20,000 nt of DNA, taken from the sequence record SRR31156797_4552. One strand, given 5' to 3'. Each line of letters opens with the position of its first letter. The stretch's first letter is position 1. This document shows positions 1-8,109 of this stretch, piece by piece. The notes under the pieces were generated by a model. It saw only the letters and a list, made by a program, of their open reading frames with translations, was not told the DNA's origin and did no database searches. Made by a program: the position numbers and the translations under genes.

Positions 1-395
1 TTAAGAAAGACGACAATTCCATCAACGGTATTGAAGATCTTAAAGGTAAGATCATCTCCACCAAACTGAGTACTTCTTCCGCTGATTTCGCAAAGAGTGC
101 TAACGCTAAGGAAGTTAAGCTTTACCCCAACAACGACGCTATGTTCATGGAACTCATGACCGGCGGTGCTGATGCGGTTATTTTTGACTCCCCCGTTATC
201 GCAGACTTCATGCGTAAGGCCGGTAAAGGTCAGGTTAAAGTTGTTGGTCCTCTGTACAACGGTCAGCAGTACGGTATTGCTTTCCCCAAAGGAAGCGACC
301 TCGTAGCCAAAGTTAACGCAGCTCTTAAAGACCTGCGCAAAGACGGCACCTACCGTGAACTGTACGTAAAATGGTTCGGTACTGAGCCTAAATAA
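1..395 (+). CDS. glnH: Polar amino-acid (glutamine-like) ABC transporter substrate-binding protein, 5'-truncated by the window edge
   Basis: The frame is open from base 3 (KKDDNSINGIEDLKGKIISTKLSTSS...) through ADAVIFDSP...QQYGIAFPKGSDLVAKVNAALKDLRKDGTYRELYVKWFG, a typical SBP_bac_3/GlnH C-terminus. It precedes a permease and an ATPase. The ATG at 141 is internal. Confidence 0.88.
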   Translation, partial: KKDDNSINGIEDLKGKIISTKLSTSSADFAKSANAKEVKLYPNNDAMFMELMTGGADAVIFDSPVIADFMRKAGKGQVKVVGPLYNGQQYGIAFPKGSDLVAKVNAALKDLRKDGTYRELYVKWFGTEPK

Positions 396-425
396 TTTAT
401 TTGTAACTATTCCAGTATGTTTTGT

Positions 426-447
426 GGGGCGGCTATTTGGCCGCCCC
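426..447 (+). terminator. Intercistronic GC-rich hairpin (partial terminator or mRNA stabiliser) between the SBP and permease genes
   Basis: GGGGCGGC-TATTTG-GCCGCCCC is a perfect 8-bp stem, followed by TAATTATTTTTT. Confidence 0.65.
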
Positions 448-473
448 TAATTATTTTTTAAACAGAGGTCCTA

Positions 474-1142
474 ATGGCATTCGCATTTGACACATCAGTT
501 TTCTGGGACACATTTCCCATGCTCATGCGTGGTCTCAAGCTTACAATTGAGATTACCATCGGCGGTCTATTTCTTGGATTTATACTTGGAAGCGCAGCAG
601 GTTTGATGAAGCTTTCCCGCAATTTTTTTACCAGAAAGATTGCCGGGGTTTACGTTGAAACCATCAGGGGGACGCCCATGCTTGTTCAAGCCATGTTCCT
701 CTATTACGGGGTTCCTATGGCTCTCGGAATGCGTATTCCTCCCATTACCGCCGGTATAATCATTATCGCAGTCAATTCGGGTGCCTATATTGCCGAAATC
801 GTTCGTGGCGCGGTTCAGTCTATCCACAAAGGACAGTTTGAGGCCGGACGTTCTATCGGCCTGACCAATGCCCAGACCATGCGTTTTATTATCTGGCCGC
901 AGGCACTCAAGCGCATGATTCCACCTCTTGGCAACCAGTTTATTATCAGCCTTAAAGACACCTCCCTGCTTATGGTTATCGGTGTCGGTGAGCTTATGAG
1001 AACCGGTCAGGAAATCACCTCCGTGAACTTTCGTGCCTTTGAGGTATACCTTGCAGTTGCCTGCGTTTATCTTGTTATGACTCTGTCCATCGCATTTGTA
1101 ATGCGCCGTATAGAGAAAAAGCTCAATACTTCCCGGAGGTAG
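474..1142 (+). CDS. glnP: Amino-acid ABC transporter permease (HisM/GlnP family)
   Basis: Hydrophobic 222 aa protein with [35 protein letters not shown] (EAA loop) and KDTSL motifs. RBS GAGG lies upstream. Confidence 0.92.
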   Translation: MAFAFDTSVFWDTFPMLMRGLKLTIEITIGGLFLGFILGSAAGLMKLSRNFFTRKIAGVYVETIRGTPMLVQAMFLYYGVPMALGMRIPPITAGIIIIAVNSGAYIAEIVRGAVQSIHKGQFEAGRSIGLTNAQTMRFIIWPQALKRMIPPLGNQFIISLKDTSLLMVIGVGELMRTGQEITSVNFRAFEVYLAVACVYLVMTLSIAFVMRRIEKKLNTSRR

Positions 1143-1146
1143 TGAA

Positions 1147-1878
1147 ATGATTGAGATTAAGAACCTTCACAAAAGTTTCGGGAAGCTTGAAGTCATCAAA
1201 GGGATCGACCTCAAAGTTGAGTCCGGCGAAGTTGTCTGTATCATCGGGCCTTCCGGGTCCGGCAAATCCACCGTGCTGCGTTGCATCAACAAACTTGAAG
1301 AGCCCACTTCAGGGACTATTGTCGTAGACGGTCATGATATCATGGCTCCTGCAACCAATATTAACGAAGTGCGTGCTGAAGCCGGTATGGTTTTCCAGCA
1401 GTTTAACCTTTTTCCGCACATGACCATTCTTGAGAACGTGACCCTTGGCCCGGTTAAGGTTCGTAAGATATCCAAGAGTGATGCTGACGAACTAGGTCTT
1501 AAACTTTTGGATAAGGTTGGGCTTAGAGACAAGGCTCGTAACTATCCGGAACAGCTTTCCGGTGGACAGAAGCAGCGTGTTGCAATTGCCCGGTCTTTGG
1601 CTTTGCAGCCTAAGGTTATTCTTTTTGACGAGCCTACTTCCGCACTCGACCCTGAATTGGTTGGTGAAGTTCTGGAAGTAATGCAGAAGCTTGCCAAGGA
1701 AGGTATGACTATGATCGTAGTTACCCACGAGATGGGGTTTGCAAAGGAAGTTGCAGACCGTCTTATCTTCATTGATGAGGGTATTATTCAGGAAGAAGGC
1801 GATCCTACTGAAGTTTTTGCTAATCCCAAGAATCCTAGACTAAAGGATTTTCTTGGAAAGGTTGTTTCCCATATTTAA
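1147..1878 (+). CDS. glnQ: Amino-acid ABC transporter ATP-binding protein
   Basis: Walker [11 protein letters not shown]-loop VFQQFNLF, signature LSGGQ, Walker [12 protein letters not shown] and H-loop VTHEM. The RBS GGAGG lies inside the end of glnP. Confidence 0.95.
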   Translation: MIEIKNLHKSFGKLEVIKGIDLKVESGEVVCIIGPSGSGKSTVLRCINKLEEPTSGTIVVDGHDIMAPATNINEVRAEAGMVFQQFNLFPHMTILENVTLGPVKVRKISKSDADELGLKLLDKVGLRDKARNYPEQLSGGQKQRVAIARSLALQPKVILFDEPTSALDPELVGEVLEVMQKLAKEGMTMIVVTHEMGFAKEVADRLIFIDEGIIQEEGDPTEVFANPKNPRLKDFLGKVVSHI

Positions 1879-1900
1879 GGGAATCCTACAATTGTGAATA

Positions 1901-1934
1901 AAAAGGGCAGTCCTCAGGGGCTGCTCTTTTTTTT
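1901..1934 (+). terminator. Rho-independent terminator of glnHPQ
   Basis: AAAAGGGCAGTCC...GGGCTGCTCTTTT stem with G-U pairs, followed by a T-tract. Confidence 0.8.
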
Positions 1935-2032
1935 GTTTTGTATTCGTTGTTTTACGGGAATGGGTTGACGTAGCAGCTTCTTTGCTAAATAACGGTAGTA
2001 TCTTTAATTTTGAAATTTGGGAGGCAGATAAA

Positions 2033-2608
2033 ATGAAAAAAATTCTGAGTTGCAGCATTGTTGTCCTTGTTCTGGTCCTGATAAGCTCTTTTGCCTTTGC
2101 TGACGGTTGTCCTGAGCTGCGCGGAACTTGGGTTGGGTTGGTCAAGATGATTACTAAAGACGGAAATATTAAAGAACATAAGGCTGTTTTTGTAATTAAG
2201 AAGCAGGAGGGCAATCTCTTTGCCGGTGAAAAAGCATGGTTTGCTGAGAATAAAGAAAATTTAATTACCGAGGGATTTAGCGGTATTATTGGAGCAGATG
2301 GCGCAAGTCTCTATTTTGCGGAGCATGATGAAGGTTATACTTTAGGAACTTTGACCGGAAAGGAAAATATGTCCCTGTACTGCCTTGAGAATGGACGTAA
2401 AGCTAAAGCTATCTACTATACTATGGAGAGAATTCGTTTTGCCCGTGCCTTTGTTGATATCGATAAAGATGGCAGTAAAACCGTTATCCGGTCCGAAATC
2501 GTGAAGGTTTACCCTCTTAATGCTGGACGTATTATGCGTGAAGCTGACTTAAATAAAGACGGAAAACTGAGCAAAAAAGAATGGGAAGAGTGGAAGAAGA
2601 AGCAGTAA
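2033..2608 (+). CDS. Secreted protein with a beta-rich N-terminal domain and a C-terminal EF-hand pair
   Basis: ATG 2033 with RBS GGGAGG at 2019-2024. Signal peptide MKKILSCSIVVLVLVLISSFAFA|D. EF-hand-like loops DIDKDGSKTVIRSE and DLNKDGKLSKKEW. Confidence 0.8.
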   Translation: MKKILSCSIVVLVLVLISSFAFADGCPELRGTWVGLVKMITKDGNIKEHKAVFVIKKQEGNLFAGEKAWFAENKENLITEGFSGIIGADGASLYFAEHDEGYTLGTLTGKENMSLYCLENGRKAKAIYYTMERIRFARAFVDIDKDGSKTVIRSEIVKVYPLNAGRIMREADLNKDGKLSKKEWEEWKKKQ

Positions 2609-2627
2609 TTTTGTTTTAAGATTTTAA

Positions 2628-2657
2628 AAAAGGCACGGATTTTGGTCCGTGCCTTTT
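2628..2657 (+). terminator. Rho-independent terminator
   Basis: AAAAGGCACGGAT-TTTG-GTCCGTGCCTTTT, followed by GCTTTTT. Confidence 0.85.
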
Positions 2658-2799
2658 GCTTTTTGAGGCTGTTATTGTTTTATTTTTAGATTAGCTTGGG
2701 TTAATGGGGGATTCAGTTTTTTGCGATTGAAAAAAATACCTGACCATGGAATAGTCATAATTAAATAAATCAATAAACGTAAGCTGATGCGGGGGGTTT

Positions 2800-3297
2800 A
2801 TGAGCGATGCGTGGGCGGTGTTGTTAGCTGGAATTGGGGGATTTGGTCTGGCTTATGCTCTGATGCAAACGCGGGAGCAGGGCAGGATTGAAGATAAAGA
2901 ATTTCAGCAGTGGCGCAAAGAGATACGGAAGATGGCTTTGTTGATTACCAATCATACGCCCCGGCAGTATGGCGGGTGCGCAAATGACAAGGCTGCCCAT
3001 ATGGCTGTAGCAAAGCTGCGCCAATTACATACCGGACTGGCGGTTAGGATTTTGCCTGATGATTCTATCGGATTGAAACTTTTAAGCAGCCTTAACCGGT
3101 TGATAGAAGATATTAACGGTGGAAGAGTTGGGCAGGAAAGTCATGCGGAAGTGGTCAGTTTATTTGCAGCCTTGCTGGCTGAGCGGAGAGGTGTTGGGCT
3201 GTCGCCATCCGGATTGTCGTTGAGCGGATTTTTTCGCTGGGTGTATCAATTGCCGGAGTACCTGACCGAATATGACCGGGATCGTAAGGCTAATTAA
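2800..3297 (+). CDS. Hypothetical protein with an N-terminal membrane anchor and a helical body
   Basis: 165 aa ORF with a G-rich RBS-like run (GCGGGGGG) upstream. N-terminal hydrophobic segment AWAVLLAGIGGFGLAYALM. It ends at a bidirectional terminator. Confidence 0.65.
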   Translation: MSDAWAVLLAGIGGFGLAYALMQTREQGRIEDKEFQQWRKEIRKMALLITNHTPRQYGGCANDKAAHMAVAKLRQLHTGLAVRILPDDSIGLKLLSSLNRLIEDINGGRVGQESHAEVVSLFAALLAERRGVGLSPSGLSLSGFFRWVYQLPEYLTEYDRDRKAN

Positions 3298-3308
3298 TAT
3301 TTCTATGG

Positions 3309-3341
3309 AAAAGCCCATCATGATTAACATGAAGGGCTTTT
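3309..3341. terminator. Bidirectional terminator between convergent genes
   Basis: AAAAGCCC-ATCATG-ATTAA-CATGAA-GGGCTTTT, flanked by an A-tract and a T-tract. Confidence 0.75.
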
Positions 3342-3342
3342 A

Positions 3343-4614
3343 TTATATTCTGGCAAAGAATTTACGCTCTGCAGCAGTCAAGTGCCGGAGATCTGTTGCT
3401 TTTTTATAGTAAAGATTAAAAACCATCAGGTGCATCCAATGGTGACGTGTTTGTTCATTTTTGGTGTTCATTACGGTATGCCATTCATTTTCAGCATATT
3501 CTTTTTCAAGTTTTACCAAGCATGGATGCTCAATAAGCAGCTTACGTATGCAATTGAGGAGAGAAGTGAAATTTTCTTCTGTTCTGTTGAATATTGTCAG
3601 TGCTACTTTGCATGTGGGACAGAGGTCTTCTTGTAATAGGGAATTGAGGGTATATATTAACCCTTCCGTGCATCGCCATGTTGAGCATTTGCCGATGAGT
3701 GCAGATTGGTTCGCAAAAGTTACCGTAAATCCATTTTCGCCGTTGCGGCTGAATACATCTTCATTTTTTTGTCCTGAGAAGTGAGTATTCAGGTTGGAGA
3801 CTAGTATGTTTCGCAGGTCTTGATCGTTGTGGACGCTGTAAATTGCGGGTGTTCTTTCAAAGCTGCTTCCTGTGTGCCGCAATACACGAATTGTTTTGAT
3901 GAAATCCTCGTTAGAAATGGTCGGCGTGCCAAAATTGCTCGGCTGATGGATAATAGAGAGTTTACTACGGACATGTATAGGGTTGAATTCGTTCGCGCCG
4001 AGTTTGGGGGCTAGATGCAGGTCAATTGTTTTGCCTTTCATACGTCTTTTTGCAACGGTTTTGGCGACAAGGTCTCGTAGTTTTTTTTCGAACAGGGCTA
4101 TGTCATGTGCCTGCCATGCGAGATATTTGTTTATCTTTTCAAAATTACGCAGGAAGTGGTGTTTGAATGCTTTCGGGTCAGAATAAAGAGATCTCACATA
4201 ATATTTTATTATGCGGTCATTTTTGATGGTGAAGTTGGGACCGCCGCTTTTATAATGTATGCTCGGTCTGCAGACTAAAAGTCTTTTGTCACCTGAGTAC
4301 GGAATTTCTACCTGTGTTATTATTCCATCTTTTAAATCCGGAGGGTCTTGGCCGTTATCAGGGCGATATACTCTTCCCGCTTGGGTTATGCGACAGAGGG
4401 CGGGCTTGCGCATACGGATTTTTTCTTCATGCAGGGTAATCTGCTTAATGGAATTTTGCTCGATGATATTTTCCACAAGCTCTGCATTGGATGCGGCAAA
4501 GAATTCCTCTTCCGGGATAGCTTCTATCTGCGGGATGATGCTGGTGCAAACGTTCTCAAAAATTACGCTTAAGTCACAGTCATTAAATAAATTGTTGCGA
4601 TGCTGTTTAACCAT
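3343..4614 (-). CDS. Hypothetical protein; C-terminal half resembles a PD-(D/E)XK restriction-endonuclease-like family with degenerate catalytic motifs
   Basis: The ORF is intact. The probable start is ATG 4614, with RBS AGGAGG at the complement of 4621-4626. The motif order FERTP...DQDLRNILVSNLNTHF...FSRNGENGFTV...IGKCSTW...KVALTIFNR...HP...LMVFNL parallels a family I recall as ERSP..EEDLR..L..LN..F..GKTDILI..IAECKFW..AIIVFNR. Confidence 0.6.
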   Translation of the reverse strand: MVKQHRNNLFNDCDLSVIFENVCTSIIPQIEAIPEEEFFAASNAELVENIIEQNSIKQITLHEEKIRMRKPALCRITQAGRVYRPDNGQDPPDLKDGIITQVEIPYSGDKRLLVCRPSIHYKSGGPNFTIKNDRIIKYYVRSLYSDPKAFKHHFLRNFEKINKYLAWQAHDIALFEKKLRDLVAKTVAKRRMKGKTIDLHLAPKLGANEFNPIHVRSKLSIIHQPSNFGTPTISNEDFIKTIRVLRHTGSSFERTPAIYSVHNDQDLRNILVSNLNTHFSGQKNEDVFSRNGENGFTVTFANQSALIGKCSTWRCTEGLIYTLNSLLQEDLCPTCKVALTIFNRTEENFTSLLNCIRKLLIEHPCLVKLEKEYAENEWHTVMNTKNEQTRHHWMHLMVFNLYYKKATDLRHLTAAERKFFARI

Positions 4615-4764
4615 GGTTTGCCTCCTGTGAGGCAAGATTTTGACTCTTTTTTCGTTTTTATTGAAAAACATGCATAAATTATTCCGAAGATAAGACAATG
4701 TTGGGGTGGACTAAATTTAACCACATCTCATTTATGAGTATTTCATTATTCTTCAACTGGTTTA

Positions 4765-4793
4765 AACTTGGATCATAATGTATGATCCAAGTT
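4765..4793. promoter_or_regulatory. Perfect 13-bp inverted repeat in a divergent intergenic region (operator or symmetric promoter)
   Basis: AACTTGGATCATA-ATG-TATGATCCAAGTT. It is AT-rich, has no U-tract and lies between two divergent start codons. Confidence 0.6.
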
Positions 4794-4830
4794 CATATAT
4801 CGGTATTCTCTTAGATTACACGGGGTAATA

Positions 4831-5595
4831 ATGCGTTATATTGTCTGGGCAGCAATCTTTTGGCTTTTGTTCACGTCTGGAGCAGAAGCGGTGAAAATCA
4901 GGGTCGGTGGAACCGGATATTGGTCGCCATATTGTTACCTCACCCCGGATGATCCTCTAAAACTTAAAGGTTTTACTGTTGATTTTCTTAAGGAAGTCTT
5001 CAATCATCCTGATGATGAGCTTATTCTTGTTGCTCTCCCGTGGCGAAGATGTCTGGCACTGCTGGAAAACAATGAGCTTGATCTTGTTCTTGATGGCAGC
5101 AAGGAATCCCCGCGCCTTAAAAGCTTTTTATTTTCGCAGGAAATCTATCATCTTGATAATGTTTTGTTCTATCTCAAAAGTAGATTTCCAAGGGGACCGC
5201 ATCTTAAAAATGTTGTTGATATAAACAAGTTTTCTTTGGGGGGAGTTTTCGGTTTTAATTATAAGCTGTATCCGTTTGATGTTTCGAAAGTTCAGCAGGG
5301 TGCAAAGGATATTGAAACCATGCTGAAGATGCTTGAAAGACAGCGTTTTGAGCTTGGGATCGGATTTGAGCAGATAGTGTGTTCGAGGATGAGATTAAGC
5401 AGCATTGATGGGAGCGATATAGGATTTATCCGTATGCCTGGTGTTGAGCCGTTGCATTTTTATATTTTCGGCAATCATACACCTAAAACTGAGAAACTTA
5501 TCAAGAGGATAAATTCTGCTTTGCAGGAAATGGCGGCAGATGGCCGACTTGATAAGTTGAAGCGTAAATATGGATTGCAGGGCGTTGGGAAGTAA
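4831..5595 (+). CDS. Orphan periplasmic substrate-binding protein (family 3-like)
   Basis: Signal peptide ending AEA|V. Motifs WSPYCY...GFTVDFLKEV, LPWRRCLALLENNELD and INSALQEMAADGRLDKLKRKYG. Confidence 0.8.
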   Translation: MRYIVWAAIFWLLFTSGAEAVKIRVGGTGYWSPYCYLTPDDPLKLKGFTVDFLKEVFNHPDDELILVALPWRRCLALLENNELDLVLDGSKESPRLKSFLFSQEIYHLDNVLFYLKSRFPRGPHLKNVVDINKFSLGGVFGFNYKLYPFDVSKVQQGAKDIETMLKMLERQRFELGIGFEQIVCSRMRLSSIDGSDIGFIRMPGVEPLHFYIFGNHTPKTEKLIKRINSALQEMAADGRLDKLKRKYGLQGVGK

Positions 5596-5622
5596 ATGCT
5601 GTTTTGGGCGCATATCGATTTT

Positions 5623-5657
5623 AAACCTCCCCGGCTTGGTTAATACCGGGGAGGTTT
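5623..5657. terminator. Bidirectional terminator between the SBP gene and ubiD
   Basis: AAACCTCCCCGG-N11-CCGGGGAGGTTT, followed by TGTTTTT. Confidence 0.8.
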
Positions 5658-5678
5658 TGTTTTTACTTTAGTGTTCCC

Positions 5679-7517
5679 TTAAATCACCCCATAAAGCGGT
5701 CCGCCGGATGCGGCCAGCGCGTCGACTCGTTTCTCCACTTCCGGGTCGGGATCAAGTGGCGGAGCCTGATAGGTTTTCATTCTGGCATCAATGATGACAG
5801 CCTTTTCGGTTCCCCAATGTTTGGCCTTAGTGAAGGCTCCGGCTCCGTAGATGTCGGTTGCCGGATCGGAACGGGTGAAAGTTACCCAGAGGAAATTTTC
5901 CCAGTCTTTGGCGGTGAAATCTGGATCATCCACAACCACGATCATGGGGAATCCCTCAATTCCTTTGGCGTGCTTGAGTGCCTCGCCAAGCTTTTCCATT
6001 TGCGGGTCCTGTGCTCCTCGGGAGGTATTACTTTTGCGTCCTTTGAGGAGTATGATTCCGGGAGCGAAAATTTTTGCATCCCCGAATCCTTCTGGAAGGG
6101 TGGGTAGCTGGGGTAGTTCTTTGGCCAGTTCACGTTTCTTTGATCCGGCAGCAGCGAAGATCAGCTTGGAGCCTTCGTTGAAACCCATGCCGGAGTAATC
6201 GAGGGTATCGATTGTAGTTCTGGTGATGAAGTGCAGGTCGCGTTTCAGGTTGGCGCGCTCGAGTATGTGTTTGAAGAAAACCGGGATGTTGTGGCAATTC
6301 TCGCCATGCTCCATATCTTCTTTGGCGCCGATGAATAGGTATTTGGCAAGGGCGGTCTGGGTGTTGCCCAGCAGGGCCATGCCGTTGGTGAGCAGTTCTT
6401 GCGGCTGACGTTCTTTTGCGTAGGGAACGTAGCGTTCGCTGCCTACTGCCAGCAGCAGCGGATGGACCCCGGCTACGTCTACGGCATGAACTTCGTGCAC
6501 TCCGGTAAATACTGACGGTACCAGCTCTGAAGTTAGTTCGTGGATAAAGTCGCCGAACATGGTGTCTTCCTGCGGCGGGCGTCCGACGGTGGTGAACGGC
6601 CAGATTGCGTCACTGCGGTGGTAAACTTTATCTACTTTGAGCACCGGGAATTCGTGGGTCAGGCTGTAATAGCCGATGTGGTCTCCGAACGGGCCTTCAG
6701 GTTTTTGTTCATTACTGATGGTGCCGCAGATGCAGAAGTCGGCTTCAGCCGGAACGGGCAACCCGTTGGGACGCATGACCATAGGGATGCGGTGACCGCC
6801 GAGTGCTCCGGCAAAGAAAATTTCAGCCAGTCCTTCTGGCAGGGGCATCACAGCGGCAATGGTCATGGACGGTGCTCCGCCGACGACAATATTTACCTTG
6901 AGCTTTTCGCCTTTTTTTAATGCCTGCGCATGGTGGTGCCCGATACCGCGGTGGATCTGGTAATGCAGACCTACTTCGGTGTTGTTGTATTCGTTACCGG
7001 AAAGCTGCACCCGGTACATGCCGATGTTTGAACCTGCGAAACCGGAACTCTCCGGGCTTTCGGAATAGACCTGCGGCAGGGTGACAAATGCCCCCCCGTC
7101 CATGGGCCATGATTTGAGCTGCGGAAGTTGCGACAGTGTGGTTTCGTTAGCGGTTACCGGGCCTTCGGAAAGTTTACGCGGCATGGTATGGTAGGCGGTG
7201 CGCGGTGCGCCGAGATACTGCCACGGCTTTTTGATGGCTTCCATGGGATACATTTTCAGCTTCATGAGCCGTTCCACTGTTTCGATGGTATCGCGGAAAA
7301 TGAAATGCAGCCTTTCCTTGGTACCGAAAATATTTGCGGCCATGGGAAATTTGCAGCCCTTCACATTGGTGAAAAGAAGGGCAGGGCCGCCCGCTTGAAA
7401 TACCCGTCTCTGGATAACTCCGGCTTCAATATTCGGATCAATTTCCTGATCTATGCGTAGCAGGTCCCCTTTGGCTTCAAGGGCATCAAGGCATTCTTTA
7501 GTGTTTTTGTATCCCAT
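5679..7517 (-). CDS. ubiD: UbiD-family (prFMN-dependent) decarboxylase, long 612 aa form
   Basis: GPALLFTNVKG...NIFGT, WPMDGGAFVTLP, NIGMYRVQ, catalytic-region PEGPFGDHIGYYS, VGRPPQED, DTLDYS and C-terminal LWVTFTRSDPATDI...IDARMK. Confidence 0.9.
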   Translation of the reverse strand: MGYKNTKECLDALEAKGDLLRIDQEIDPNIEAGVIQRRVFQAGGPALLFTNVKGCKFPMAANIFGTKERLHFIFRDTIETVERLMKLKMYPMEAIKKPWQYLGAPRTAYHTMPRKLSEGPVTANETTLSQLPQLKSWPMDGGAFVTLPQVYSESPESSGFAGSNIGMYRVQLSGNEYNNTEVGLHYQIHRGIGHHHAQALKKGEKLKVNIVVGGAPSMTIAAVMPLPEGLAEIFFAGALGGHRIPMVMRPNGLPVPAEADFCICGTISNEQKPEGPFGDHIGYYSLTHEFPVLKVDKVYHRSDAIWPFTTVGRPPQEDTMFGDFIHELTSELVPSVFTGVHEVHAVDVAGVHPLLLAVGSERYVPYAKERQPQELLTNGMALLGNTQTALAKYLFIGAKEDMEHGENCHNIPVFFKHILERANLKRDLHFITRTTIDTLDYSGMGFNEGSKLIFAAAGSKKRELAKELPQLPTLPEGFGDAKIFAPGIILLKGRKSNTSRGAQDPQMEKLGEALKHAKGIEGFPMIVVVDDPDFTAKDWENFLWVTFTRSDPATDIYGAGAFTKAKHWGTEKAVIIDARMKTYQAPPLDPDPEVEKRVDALAASGGPLYGVI

Positions 7518-7600
7518 TATATTTTCCTTGTGGTCATTTTTTTTATTTGTGCGGCGAGTGTATGGATTCAGGGGGCGGGAATCAAGCTTTAATCGGGCAT

Positions 7601-7632
7601 AAAAAAAGAGCCTACCGGATCAAGGCAGACTC
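7601..7632 (-). terminator. Rho-independent terminator of the PH-domain gene
   Basis: Minus strand reads GAGTCTGCC-TTGATCC-GGTAGGCTC-TTTTTTT. Confidence 0.8.
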
Positions 7633-7660
7633 AAATTGTTGATTGTAGCAAAGCTAGTTG

Positions 7661-8038
7661 TTAGCCCAGCATCTTATTGGCCAGCAGCTTTTGAATGCCT
7701 ACGACATCACTGCCTTTTTTCAGTTCTTTGGTGATAGGATCGCGACGCCCGGAAACCCACATTTTCAGTTCGGAATCCATGTCAAAATGCCCAGCCGTCT
7801 CCACGGAAAAGGTGGAGATGGATTTGTAAGGGATAGACATATATTCTACTTTTTTTCCGGTCAGTCCCTGTTTATCAATGAGGATTAACCTGCCTGAGGT
7901 GAATACATACATATCACGGATGACCTTGAAAGCCCGCTCAACACTTTCGTTGTCTCCCAGAATGGGGGAGAGTTCTTCCTGTACATCTTCAACGCTTACT
8001 TCAGAGGCGTTGCCCATTAATCCATCAAGAATTCCCAT
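7661..8038 (-). CDS. Bacterial PH-domain protein (bPH_1 / YvbH-like)
   Basis: MGILDGLMGNASEV...AFKVIRDMYVFTSGRLILIDKQGLTGKKVEYMSIPYKSISTFSVETAGHFDMDSELKMW is highly characteristic. RBS GGAG lies upstream. Confidence 0.9.
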   Translation of the reverse strand: MGILDGLMGNASEVSVEDVQEELSPILGDNESVERAFKVIRDMYVFTSGRLILIDKQGLTGKKVEYMSIPYKSISTFSVETAGHFDMDSELKMWVSGRRDPITKELKKGSDVVGIQKLLANKMLG

Positions 8039-8109
8039 ATTATCTCCATTTTGTTTTCGGCTCGCAGCCGTCCTTTTTGGGAGGAATTATATAATAAATT
8101 TAAGTAAAA

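Noticed and set aside
1982-2032. TTG start extension of the EF-hand gene
   Set aside because: The RBS and signal peptide indicate ATG 2033.
4615-4698. Upstream start of the 451 aa ORF
   Set aside because: A strong AGGAGG RBS supports ATG 4614. The extension is AT-rich intergenic-like sequence.
5817-7460. Several short plus-strand ORFs inside ubiD
   Set aside because: They are antisense to a conserved gene and have no independent support.
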